The notes below the pieces were generated by a model. It searched no databases. It was not told where the DNA came from and saw only the letters and a list, made by a program, of their open reading frames with translations. The position numbers and the translations under genes are program-made. 32,000 nucleotides of DNA from Candidatus Saccharimonadota bacterium (lineage in GTDB: Bacteria; Pseudomonadota; Alphaproteobacteria; Rickettsiales; Anaplasmataceae): the NCBI RefSeq assembly GCF_013365475.1, contig NZ_CP046579.1, positions 210,001-242,000 of the forward strand, written 5' to 3'. Positions 1 through 9,137 of the stretch are shown here, in pieces (the first letter of the stretch is position 1; each line of letters opens with the position of its first letter).

Positions 1-1326
1 AATATTGTGGATGTAGCTTATAAAATACTGCCTGGTAATAGGATTTATATAAATCGAATTACGATTGACGGTAATGACCGTACTTTAGATAAGGTGATTA
101 GAGGTAAGCTAAGCGTAGTAGAAGGTGATTTATATAATATATCTGAAATTCAGATGTCACATAAAAAATTAGTTAGCAGTGATTTTTTTGAAGCAGTAAA
201 GATAAATAGCTACGCAGTTAACGACAATACAGTAAATCTTGACTTGAATATTAAAGAAAAAAATACTACTTCATTATACTTAGGAGGAGGAGTATCCCTT
301 CCAGGAGGGTTATTTTTAAAAACTGACTTTAAAGACCGCAATTTGTTTGGTAGTGGAAAAGAGCTTTCCTTTGCTTTTGAGAAAAACCAATATACATTCT
401 CAACTGGTTTGGAAGCTATTGAGAATAACTTTAATGACTCTGATACATCCCTAGGTGTAGGTGCGTTTTATGAAAAGCAAGATAAACCAAATACTGCTTT
501 CAGTAGTCGTGACGTGGGGCTCTTTATAAAATTATCACATAGAATTACAGAAAATTTAGCTAATCTCTTTCGCTACTATTATAAATACAACTATATATAC
601 TCAGGTAATAATAGTGGGAAAGTTGGCAATATCTCTAAAATGGTACTAGATCAAGAAGGTGAGCATCACATTTCATCATTAGGGTACACACTATCATATA
701 GTAAACTAGATAATCTCTATGTTCCAAGGCAGGGATATTTATTAAGCTTGAGCCAGGATATCTCAGGACTGGGAGGAAATGTAAATTTTCTTAAGTCTGA
801 ATTTTCGTCCTTTTATGCACACCCTATATTAAGGACCATAGATGATGATACAATATTACGCTTTAAAATGTCTGCAGGTCATATTTTTTCCTATACTGAT
901 AAGGATCTAAGTATTAGCGAACACTTTTTTAAAGGTGGGAATGAGATTAGAGGATTTGACCTCTCTGGTATTGGACCAAGGACAAAGGGGAAAGGAGAGA
1001 GCTTGGGTGGTAAGACTTATTTTAATCTAACACAGCAAGTAGATTTCCCGCTACCAAAGTTGTATGATTACCTTGTTGTGAAGGGTTCATTGTTTATTGA
1101 CTATGCAATGCTTTTTGGCATAGATGATAAAAATAGGAAATATGTATGTGGGAAAGGCTATTATGATAGTAAACTTGTGAGAGTATCTCCTGGATTTGGT
1201 TTTTCAATGCCTTCTCCTTTTGGGGGTAGGGTTAGATTAGATTTTGGTTTTCCTCTAGTCAAAGAGCCTTATGATGTAATACCATCATCAAATATTAAGT
1301 TTTCTATTGAAACTGGAGCAAAATGA
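1..1326 (+). CDS. bamA: Outer membrane protein assembly factor BamA/Omp85, C-terminal ~440 aa (5' end outside the window)
   Basis: The frame is open from base 1 (ORF track 7..1326). There is a POTRA-like segment (RIYINRITIDGNDRTLDKVIRGKL...GDLYN). It is followed by a long beta-barrel-type region with Omp85-like motifs (GGNEIRGFD, GFGFSMPSPFGGRVRLDFGFPL). The gene sits in the conserved bamA-skp-fabZ neighbourhood. Confidence 0.9.
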   Translation, partial: NIVDVAYKILPGNRIYINRITIDGNDRTLDKVIRGKLSVVEGDLYNISEIQMSHKKLVSSDFFEAVKINSYAVNDNTVNLDLNIKEKNTTSLYLGGGVSLPGGLFLKTDFKDRNLFGSGKELSFAFEKNQYTFSTGLEAIENNFNDSDTSLGVGAFYEKQDKPNTAFSSRDVGLFIKLSHRITENLANLFRYYYKYNYIYSGNNSGKVGNISKMVLDQEGEHHISSLGYTLSYSKLDNLYVPRQGYLLSLSQDISGLGGNVNFLKSEFSSFYAHPILRTIDDDTILRFKMSAGHIFSYTDKDLSISEHFFKGGNEIRGFDLSGIGPRTKGKGESLGGKTYFNLTQQVDFPLPKLYDYLVVKGSLFIDYAMLFGIDDKNRKYVCGKGYYDSKLVRVSPGFGFSMPSPFGGRVRLDFGFPLVKEPYDVIPSSNIKFSIETGAK

Positions 1327-1886
1327 AGTACACACAATTTTTTATATCAGTTATTGCTTTAATTATTTCTCTGTTTGCAGCTCATAAGGCTATAAAACAA
1401 CATCCTCCTCAGGGAGCGTTCAATGCAAAAGTTGCAATCATTGATAGTGATCGAGTTATCAATGAATCTCTTGCAATACAAGGTATACAACGACAAATAA
1501 AAGAGCAAAGCTCTAGGCTGCAGAGAGAGTTTGAGAGTGAGCTAGAAAAATTTAAATCTTCAAAAGAAGAGTTTGAACTTCTATCAGAGGAAGCAAAAAA
1601 AGAAAAAACAGAACAGTTTAATAAGCATGCTGTGAACGCTAGAGATAACTATGCTAAAAAAATGTCGTATTTGGAAGAGGGATATAAGTATGCAATAGAT
1701 GATATTTTTAGTCAAATAAAAGAAATTGCTAAGAGAGCTGCAGAAAAAAATAGTATAGATTTGGTGCTCTTTCTTCCAAAGAAGAACCAAATTTTATACT
1801 CTATTGCTAAAGTTGATTTATCGGATGTATTATTAGAAAACATAAACAAAGAAATACGTGAGTTTACTTTGAAAACCATTAACTAG
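1323..1886 (+). CDS. ompH: OmpH/Skp-like periplasmic chaperone
   Basis: The ATG at 1323 overlaps the bamA stop (ATGA, 1323-1326). A hydrophobic signal-like N-terminus (FFISVIALIISLFAAHKA) is followed by a Lys/Glu-rich coiled-coil region. The position between bamA and fabZ fits. Confidence 0.75.
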   Translation: MKYTQFFISVIALIISLFAAHKAIKQHPPQGAFNAKVAIIDSDRVINESLAIQGIQRQIKEQSSRLQREFESELEKFKSSKEEFELLSEEAKKEKTEQFNKHAVNARDNYAKKMSYLEEGYKYAIDDIFSQIKEIAKRAAEKNSIDLVLFLPKKNQILYSIAKVDLSDVLLENINKEIREFTLKTIN

Positions 1887-1901
1887 ACAGGTTAAGATAA
1901 C

Positions 1902-2342
1902 ATGCATCTCAATATCAGTGATATTGTAAAGATACTACCACATTCTTACCCATTTCTTTTAGTAGATAGGGTGATAGAGTGTAACCCTGGTAAAGATATA
2001 AGAGCAGTCAAAAATGTAACTTTCAATGAGCCATTTTTTGTTGGTCATTTTCCTGGTTATCCAGTAATGCCTGGGGTCTTAATAATTGAATCTTTAGCTC
2101 AGGTATCTACAATATGCATTTTGTGTAAGGGAAGTCAAAACATAGCAAAAAATAAAGTTGTTTACTTTATGTCCATTGAAAGAGCAAAATTCAGGAAGCC
2201 AGTCGCTCCTGGAGATACACTGATTCTTCAAGCTAAAGTTAAAAGTACACGTTTAGGTGCGTGTAAGTTTGAGTGTGTTGCATATGTTAGTGAAGAAAGG
2301 GTTGCAGAAGCAATAATTTTAGCTATGTTGCAGAGCATATGA
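1902..2342 (+). CDS. fabZ: 3-hydroxyacyl-ACP dehydratase FabZ
   Basis: 146 aa. The N-terminus reads LPHSYPFLLVDRV and the hot-dog active-site motif reads HFPGYPVMPGVLIIESLAQ. Confidence 0.93.
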   Translation: MHLNISDIVKILPHSYPFLLVDRVIECNPGKDIRAVKNVTFNEPFFVGHFPGYPVMPGVLIIESLAQVSTICILCKGSQNIAKNKVVYFMSIERAKFRKPVAPGDTLILQAKVKSTRLGACKFECVAYVSEERVAEAIILAMLQSI

Positions 2343-2385
2343 AATTTTCATCTAAAAAACAGTAGATGCCCTGTGTGATTTAGTA

Positions 2386-5313
2386 ATGCAACTGAATTTT
2401 AATATCTCATTTTCGGATTTATATACCAGAAATGGATTAATAAGACTAGATAGGATATTTTTAGATTATATCAAATCATGCGATGGAAATTTATTTTCTT
2501 TATTAGTTGAAGCAAGAAAAAAAGCAGCTTCTTTCTTGGTATCATTTAAGCTAGCTTCAGCTAATTCTACGGAATTATCCAAGTGTTTAGGATTAGAATC
2601 TAGTAAGCAATCAATATCAAATGTCCAAATGATGATGGATAGCCAACTAATTGTGGATCTTTCTTACTTGCTTGATAAATTTATCGCAAAGCTTTTTAAC
2701 ATTGAAAAAGAAGTAGAGGAGCTGAGAGAGGAGTGCAATGATTTTGCTCTAATATATAAATGCAAGAGATTATTTGTTCATCGCTATGCATTGAAGAAAT
2801 ATGCTGACATAGCAAATATTGATATTAATTATATTACTAGAGAACTAAACCGTTTTCTCCCTCTGCCAGTAACAGAAAAAAAATTTGCTAAGCAAGTAAT
2901 TTACTGGTTAGAGAATAAAGAAAATCATAAAAGCGAGATAGAGCTTGCAGCGCAGTATGCAGCGTGGAGAGTAAGGAATAAACAAAGTGTACTCTTCAGT
3001 ATTCATAAGAAAACTTACTATGAAAACCTTGTATCATTCTCTAGAAAAAAAGTAGATGGAGTTGAAGTTCTGTATTCAAAAGAAGTAGAAAGGCGATATG
3101 GTTTTGATTTGACAAGTGAAAAGATAAGCTTGAGTAAAGAATTAGATAATGTTCATTATTGCATATTTTGTCATAAGCAAAATAAGGATAGCTGCTCAAA
3201 AGGATTAATCAACAATGATAAGACTTTTCAAATTTCTCCGCTCAAAGTCGAGCTGCACGGCTGCCCTCTAGAGCAGAAAATATCAGAAATGAATCTAGTA
3301 AAAAGTAAGGGATACAGCATAGCCAGTCTTGCGATTGTGATGATAGACAATCCACTATGTGCAGCTACTGGATACAGAATATGCAATGACTGCACAAGTT
3401 CGTGTATATATCAAAAACAAGAACCAGTAAATGTGCCAATGGTTGAAACAAAGATTTTAGATGATGTGCTGGGCTTAGCATACGGCTTTGAGGTATATTC
3501 CCTACTTAGTCGTTGGAATCCTCTGAATTTTCAACGGCCACTGCCAAGAAAAAATACTGGCAAAAACATCTTGGTTGCAGGCATTGGCCCTGCTGGATTT
3601 AATTTAGCTTATCATTTGCTAAACGATGGACATAACGTTATTGCTATTGATGGACTGAAAATTGAACCTTTGAAAGATAATTTTCAACCAATTAAAGACT
3701 TTAAACATGAAAAATTGAGTCAACGTTTAGCTGATGGGTTTGGTGGGGTAGCAGAATATGGGATTACTGCTAGGTGGAATAAGAATTATTTAAAGGTTAT
3801 CAGATTATTACTGGAAAGGCATAAGAACTTTGCACTTTACGGAGGTGTTCGCTTTGGTGGTACAGTAACTGTTGATGATGCATTCAATCTAGGATTTGAT
3901 CATATTGCATTAGCGCTTGGCTCTGGTAAGCCGCGAATGATTGATGTTAAAAATATGCTAGTTCGCGGAGTGCGCATGGCATCGGATTTTTTAATGTCAT
4001 TACAGCTCACAGGTGCTCTAAGGTTTGATTCAATAGCAAATTTGCAAGTTCGTATGCCTATAGTTGTTATAGGTGCAGGACTTACTGCAATTGATACTGC
4101 AACTGAGGCTTTGGCGTACTACCCAGTCCAAATAGAAAAATTTCTTCTTCGCTATGAAGTGTTAGTTAGTAAATATGGTAAAAACTACATCGAAAAAGAT
4201 TGGACAGAAGAAGAACATGGAATTGCAGATGAGTTTATATCGCATGCACGACTGATTCGTGAAGAGTATGATCTAGCAAAAAAAGAGAATAGAGAAGCAA
4301 GAGTATTGGAGTTAATGCAGAGTCTTGGTGGAGTAAAGGTTGTATACAGAAGGTGTTTAAAAGATTCTCCAAGTTATCGGTTAAATAGCAAAGAAGTACA
4401 GAATGCTTTATTGGAAGGAATTTACTTTGTCGAAAATCTAGAGCTGATTGAAGTTATAACAGATAAGTATAATCATGCTGAATCGATAAAACTAAAAGAC
4501 ATAAAATCTGGAGAGACCAAATATATAAAAGCGCGTTCTATTCTTATAGCAGTAGGTACTGAACCAAATACAGTGATTGCGACAGAAGATGAGAAAACTT
4601 TTAGATTAAGCAATGGATATTTTTCTCACCTAGACTCATCAGGAAGAGAAGTAGGTCAAATATTCTCTCCTAAGATGCAAGATAAAGATAGAATATTAGT
4701 GTATAAGCAAGGTAGCAAGACGATTAGTTTTTTTGGTGATCTTCACCCTTCATATAGAGGTAGCGTTGTAAAAGCTATTGCTAGTGTTAAAAACGGTTAC
4801 CCTATTATTTCTCGCCTTTTAAGTGAAGTTAGTTCTACTTCAGCTCATGCTTTAGAATTACACCACCAACTGTATGAATGTTTTAATATAGGAGAAATTT
4901 CTTCCAAAAAGAGCTCTACTCAAGCGGTAGATACTGAAATCCAAAAAGAGTCTCAAGAACGTAATGATAAAAAATTTTTTAGCAGAATTAAAAAACAGTT
5001 TACTGCGAGGGTTGTGAAAGTTCAATATTTAACTGATAATGTGATAGAAATAGTGGTAAGAGCACCACTTGCTGCAAAAAACTTCCAACCTGGACAATTT
5101 TTTAGGTTGCAAAACTTTCAAAAAAATAGCAGAAAAACTAGCCTTGCTATGGAAGGTATAGCTGTAACTGGTACTGAAGTGGATAGAAAAAGAGGAATTA
5201 TTTCCACAATTGTGATTGAAATTGGTGGCTCTACTAGTTTATGTAAGCATCTTCAAAAAGGTGAGCAAATAGTTCTTATGGGCCCAACTGGCTGTCCTAC
5301 TAAGATTTATTAG
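2386..5313 (+). CDS. Large Fe-S/flavin oxidoreductase: GltD-like pyridine-nucleotide oxidoreductase fused to an FNR/PyrK-like FAD barrel, apparently C-terminally truncated
   Basis: 975 aa. Cys clusters are CIFCHKQNKDSC, HGCPLE and CAATGYRICNDCTSSC. Dinucleotide folds are VAGIGPAGFNLAYHL and VVIGAGLTAIDTA. The FNR-like barrel reads RVVKVQYLTDNVIEIVVRAP...PGQFFRLQNF...IVLMGPTG. The stop comes 6 codons after GPTG. Confidence 0.8.
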   Translation: MQLNFNISFSDLYTRNGLIRLDRIFLDYIKSCDGNLFSLLVEARKKAASFLVSFKLASANSTELSKCLGLESSKQSISNVQMMMDSQLIVDLSYLLDKFIAKLFNIEKEVEELREECNDFALIYKCKRLFVHRYALKKYADIANIDINYITRELNRFLPLPVTEKKFAKQVIYWLENKENHKSEIELAAQYAAWRVRNKQSVLFSIHKKTYYENLVSFSRKKVDGVEVLYSKEVERRYGFDLTSEKISLSKELDNVHYCIFCHKQNKDSCSKGLINNDKTFQISPLKVELHGCPLEQKISEMNLVKSKGYSIASLAIVMIDNPLCAATGYRICNDCTSSCIYQKQEPVNVPMVETKILDDVLGLAYGFEVYSLLSRWNPLNFQRPLPRKNTGKNILVAGIGPAGFNLAYHLLNDGHNVIAIDGLKIEPLKDNFQPIKDFKHEKLSQRLADGFGGVAEYGITARWNKNYLKVIRLLLERHKNFALYGGVRFGGTVTVDDAFNLGFDHIALALGSGKPRMIDVKNMLVRGVRMASDFLMSLQLTGALRFDSIANLQVRMPIVVIGAGLTAIDTATEALAYYPVQIEKFLLRYEVLVSKYGKNYIEKDWTEEEHGIADEFISHARLIREEYDLAKKENREARVLELMQSLGGVKVVYRRCLKDSPSYRLNSKEVQNALLEGIYFVENLELIEVITDKYNHAESIKLKDIKSGETKYIKARSILIAVGTEPNTVIATEDEKTFRLSNGYFSHLDSSGREVGQIFSPKMQDKDRILVYKQGSKTISFFGDLHPSYRGSVVKAIASVKNGYPIISRLLSEVSSTSAHALELHHQLYECFNIGEISSKKSSTQAVDTEIQKESQERNDKKFFSRIKKQFTARVVKVQYLTDNVIEIVVRAPLAAKNFQPGQFFRLQNFQKNSRKTSLAMEGIAVTGTEVDRKRGIISTIVIEIGGSTSLCKHLQKGEQIVLMGPTGCPTKIY

Positions 5314-5480
5314 ATTTGTTCCACTTTAATTATGTTACAATGAAAATTATATTGGGAAAGCATTATAACATATCGCTCAGTACTTATCTCCCAAAGGGAA
5401 CAATATTACATAAAGTAAGATGTAATAACCTTTTGATGAAAACTGAAGGAGTCAATAGATTTATCCTAACTGAGGAGTAA
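5314..5480 (+). pseudogene. Possible frame-shifted relic of the missing NAD(P)-binding part of the upstream oxidoreductase (not an intact CDS)
   Basis: The small frame 5340-5480 begins MKIILGKHYNISLSTYLPKG. This is a hydrophobic strand plus G at roughly the spacing after GPTG where FNR/PyrK proteins carry a beta-strand and Gly-rich loop. It lies in a different frame from the upstream ORF. The similarity was judged by eye only. Confidence 0.2.
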
Positions 5481-6107
5481 TAGAAGGAAAGCTTTCTTTT
5501 CATAAAGAAAAAGATTATAAAATATAAGTTTATACAAAATATGTGTCAAACTTCCTGACATAATGGTGCTGATATAAATGTTATTATAAAAAGTGATATA
5601 GTAGGAATATTTGTAAAGTTGGAATTATCAAGTGTACTATATGATACAGTATTGATTAATCAAGTTGTGTTGCTAGAGTAGGTATAGGGAAACGTTAATG
5701 CTGTATCAGCTTGTTAATGAATAAATGAGCGTTGACATAAAAATATCAATATACTGACTAGTTTTTTGAAGGATATTGCAATAATTTTTGTTATTTAATT
5801 CTCTTTAGGAGCTTTTTGTTTAGTTAGTGCTGAAGTGATGTAACTAATTAGGTTGGTGTTATTTCAATGCTTTGCCTATTATTCTATGACAATATTGTTA
5901 GCCTTATATTGTAATAAGATACTATGATATATGTACTATAAAGTTAGTAATAGTTAGCTTTTTTCTGGTTATAAAAACGATGCCGATATTTATTTCAAAA
6001 AATAAATAATTTACTAATACTCTTGTGTAAATTTTAAATAAATTAAACACAAATCTAGCATTATGGAATGAACATGGTATAGTGATTCTTACCTCACTAT
6101 TAAAGCT

Positions 6108-6146
6108 ATCGGTCAGGTTAAATTTAATCTGACCGATTTTCCTTTT
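6108..6146 (+). terminator. Intrinsic-terminator-like palindromic hairpin with T tract
   Basis: ATCGGTCAG (6108-6116) and CTGACCGAT (6129-6137) form a perfect 9-bp stem. The intervening GTTAAATTTAAT is itself self-complementary, so 6108-6137 is a 30-nt palindrome with one G.T pair. It is followed by TTTCCTTTTG. The T tract is present on the + strand only. Confidence 0.45.
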
Positions 6147-6252
6147 GCTTTGTGATATAAATATTATAGCTAGTTATTAGTAATTAGAAATCAATTGCAT
6201 AGGGGATTGTTTTTATTTATTAACTTTAATATAATGAGCTATGTTAGCTTAA

Positions 6253-7806
6253 ATGAGCGTGAAGTTTTATAAATTCCAACTATTGCTTCTGCTAGCTATA
6301 TTAATAGCTATAGTACTAGTACTACCTGAGGGCTTTGGCACACCATTAAACTGGTCTTACCCAATTCTGAATTTTGATTTATCTTTTCGTATCATATTAA
6401 CATCTTTTTTATCGTCTGCATTCCTAATCATTCTATCCGCAGAAAACTTTAGCTTTCCAGAGATGTTATTTTCTTTTGCTTACACTATTAATGTATTGTG
6501 TGTGATATTATCTAATCAGGTAATACTAGTTATAGTATTCTGTGAACTAATGGCTATTAGTTCATCTTTTATTATTGCAGACAGCAGGAATGCTGAGCCT
6601 GCATTGAGGTATGCTTGTATACACTTTTTCGCTGGAACTATACTGACAGCAGGACTGGCAACTCAAATCTCTGAACTAATAATCGTAGGACTGCTAATAA
6701 ACTGTGCTTGTTTTCCTTTTTCGTTTTGGGTTGTTGATGCATATCCTGCTGCATCATTACATGGTACTGCGTATCTCTCTTTATTTACTACTAAAGTTTC
6801 TTTTTTAGTTATGCTTTTACACACTTGCAGTACACACATCAAAGTTTTAGCTTTCTTTGGTTCTATTACTGTAGTTTATAGCATCGTATTTGCTTCTCTT
6901 GAGCAAGATATTCGCAGATTCTTATGTTACTACGTTGTAGGTCAAATGGGCTTACTCATTATTGCAGGGAGCTTACTCAGCTTTTCAAAAAGAGCAGTGC
7001 CAATTTTAACATTGCACATAGTTTTCTCCCTGTTTTACCAATCACTGTTGTTTGTAGTTGCTAATTCAATAATTTCAAAAACAAAAATAATTAGTTTCAG
7101 TAGGGCTAGTAGGCTCATATCAACTGAGGGTATATGTGCTGTAATAGCAGTACTTACAATGGCCGGATTTCCTGGAACAGCTGGATTTATCAGTAAATCG
7201 TGCATTATGGCTGAAATTGAAATGAATGGTGCTGATTTAGAGTTATACAAAGATTTATACAAAGCTCTAAGTTTGCTGCTTTATTTAAGTGTGGGTCCTA
7301 AGTTTATCTATTATATATTTATTATCAAAAGTAAGTTAAACCCTTTAAGAGAAAAAAATAGTAGAATAACAATGATTATTTTAGCACTTATATGTATAGT
7401 TGCTGGTAATCCTTACTTACCTATTTATAATAAATCCTTAATTTTCAGTCTTATATATAACATAAACAATGTCTGGTCTCAATTTAACTTACTATTACTT
7501 GCCACTTTGTTATTTATTCCTTTGCGTAGATTCTTTTTGCCGAGAGTAAATTTTAAAATGGATATTGATTGGATTTTTAGATTTCTTATACCAAATATTG
7601 TTTTGTTACTTAGTAAGTTAGCTTTTAAGATAAAAAAAATATCTGCTAGCATATTGCAAAACTTAGCTGACTCATTTACTAATTTGTGTTGTAATAGTAC
7701 TAATAAACTCAAAGAAGTTCTGGACTATAATTCAGTGAGTTTTGTTTCAGCTTCTTCTCTTTTTTTAGTTGGTATTCTATTAGCGTTATTATGTTTAAAT
7801 CTTTAA
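6253..7806 (+). CDS. Proton-conducting antiporter-like membrane subunit (MrpD/MnhD/NuoN family)
   Basis: 517-aa multi-pass membrane protein. Family-type motifs are FCELMAISS (TM5 Glu), FPFSFWVVDAYPAAS and FTTKVSFL. Its 3' end overlaps the ffh start by 16 nt. Confidence 0.8.
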   Translation: MSVKFYKFQLLLLLAILIAIVLVLPEGFGTPLNWSYPILNFDLSFRIILTSFLSSAFLIILSAENFSFPEMLFSFAYTINVLCVILSNQVILVIVFCELMAISSSFIIADSRNAEPALRYACIHFFAGTILTAGLATQISELIIVGLLINCACFPFSFWVVDAYPAASLHGTAYLSLFTTKVSFLVMLLHTCSTHIKVLAFFGSITVVYSIVFASLEQDIRRFLCYYVVGQMGLLIIAGSLLSFSKRAVPILTLHIVFSLFYQSLLFVVANSIISKTKIISFSRASRLISTEGICAVIAVLTMAGFPGTAGFISKSCIMAEIEMNGADLELYKDLYKALSLLLYLSVGPKFIYYIFIIKSKLNPLREKNSRITMIILALICIVAGNPYLPIYNKSLIFSLIYNINNVWSQFNLLLLATLLFIPLRRFFLPRVNFKMDIDWIFRFLIPNIVLLLSKLAFKIKKISASILQNLADSFTNLCCNSTNKLKEVLDYNSVSFVSASSLFLVGILLALLCLNL

Positions 7807-9137
7807 CTGAAAATTTGAATTTTATATTCAATAAGCTCAAGGGAAAATCAATTATTTGTGAAGATGACTTCAGCCTTGCTATGCGTGAAATACGTATAGC
7901 CCTGATTGAAGCTGATGTCTCCCTTGAAGTTATAAAGAAATTTATTAACGATATTAAGGAAAAAGTAGTAGGGGAGCAAGTTATAAAAAGTGTTTCTCCA
8001 ACGCAAATGATAGTTAAAATTGTGCAAGATAGTTTAGTTGCAATTCTTGGGTCAGAAAAAAGTGAATTGAATTTAGCAGTCAGGCCTCCAGCTGTAATCA
8101 TGATGATAGGATTACAAGGTGCTGGGAAAACAACTACCTCAGGCAAGCTTGCTTTGAAACTCAGAAAACAAAAGAGAAAGGTAATGCTTGCATCCTTGGA
8201 CGTTTATAGGCCAGCTGCTCAGAAGCAACTTGAAATACTTGGAAAACAAATAGATATACAAACCTTACCTACAATAACAGGTGAGGAGGAACCTATTTTA
8301 ATTGCAAGAAGAGCATTGGAGGTAGCAAAAGATGGTAGTTATGATGTATTAATACTAGACACTGCAGGTAGGATTCATATAGACAATAATATGATGGATG
8401 AGTTAAAGGCTATAAAGAAAGTAACTTTACCTGTGGAAGTTATTTTAGTAGCTGACGCAATGATGGGGCAAGATGCAGCAAATGTAGCTAAGTCATTTAA
8501 TGAAACAATAGGTGTAACTGGTATTATTCTAACTCGTATTGAAGGTGATGCACGCGGTGGTGCTGCCCTTTCTATGAAATTAACAACTAATTGCCCGATT
8601 AAATTTATTGCTTGCGGTGAAAAATTAAGTGACCTTGATGATTTTTATCCTGATAGAGTTGCGAAAAGGATTCTTGGTATGGGTGATGTTGTTTCATTGG
8701 TTGAAAGAGCTGCAGAGATAGTTGGTCGAGAAGAAATTGATAAGATACAAAAAAAAATGAAAAAAGGCAAATTTGACTTAAACGATTTGGTAAAGATGCT
8801 AAAAACTCTAAAAAAAATGGATGGTATTAGCAGTATAATGAAATTCATTCCTAGCTCATTCACAAAAAAGCTAAGTAGTGGGGTGCCAGATGATAGCAAA
8901 GTGAAAAAATATATAGCTATCATAAGTTCGATGACTAAGGAAGAGAAGAGAGATCCTGGCATTTTAAATGGCAAGAGAAGACTCAGAATTGCTAAAGGTT
9001 CTGGGACGAGAGTATCAGATATTAATCTTTTAATTAAGCAATATATTCAAATGAGTGCAATGGTTAATAAATTCAGTAAAATTGATCACAGTAAACTCAA
9101 AGAATCTGATTTAGTAGACATATTAAGTAGGAAATAA
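7791..9137 (+). CDS. ffh: Signal recognition particle protein Ffh (SRP54)
   Basis: 448 aa, starting MFKSLTENL. GTPase motifs are GLQGAGKTTT, DTAGR and LTRIEGDARGGAALS. The M domain is Met/Lys-rich (LKKMDGISSIMKFIP). Confidence 0.95.
   Translation: MFKSLTENLNFIFNKLKGKSIICEDDFSLAMREIRIALIEADVSLEVIKKFINDIKEKVVGEQVIKSVSPTQMIVKIVQDSLVAILGSEKSELNLAVRPPAVIMMIGLQGAGKTTTSGKLALKLRKQKRKVMLASLDVYRPAAQKQLEILGKQIDIQTLPTITGEEEPILIARRALEVAKDGSYDVLILDTAGRIHIDNNMMDELKAIKKVTLPVEVILVADAMMGQDAANVAKSFNETIGVTGIILTRIEGDARGGAALSMKLTTNCPIKFIACGEKLSDLDDFYPDRVAKRILGMGDVVSLVERAAEIVGREEIDKIQKKMKKGKFDLNDLVKMLKTLKKMDGISSIMKFIPSSFTKKLSSGVPDDSKVKKYIAIISSMTKEEKRDPGILNGKRRLRIAKGSGTRVSDINLLIKQYIQMSAMVNKFSKIDHSKLKESDLVDILSRK

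Noticed and set aside
5340-5480. 46-codon ORF MKIILGKHYN... considered as an independent small gene
   Set aside because: There is no RBS and no recognisable family. It is better explained as a frame-shifted remnant of the upstream oxidoreductase; see the first finding.
5573-5589. Exact 17-nt word TATAAATGTTATTATAA shared with 18654-18670
   Set aside because: The word is nearly all A/T, its flanks do not match, and a single 17-mer coincidence is plausible in two AT-rich spacers. There is no evidence of a repeat family.
7709-8146. 145-aa minus-strand ORF overlapping the end of the antiporter-like gene and the start of ffh
   Set aside because: It lies antisense to two well-supported genes. The sequence is low in complexity and Ile/Ser/Thr-rich with no motif. 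This is a typical shadow ORF.
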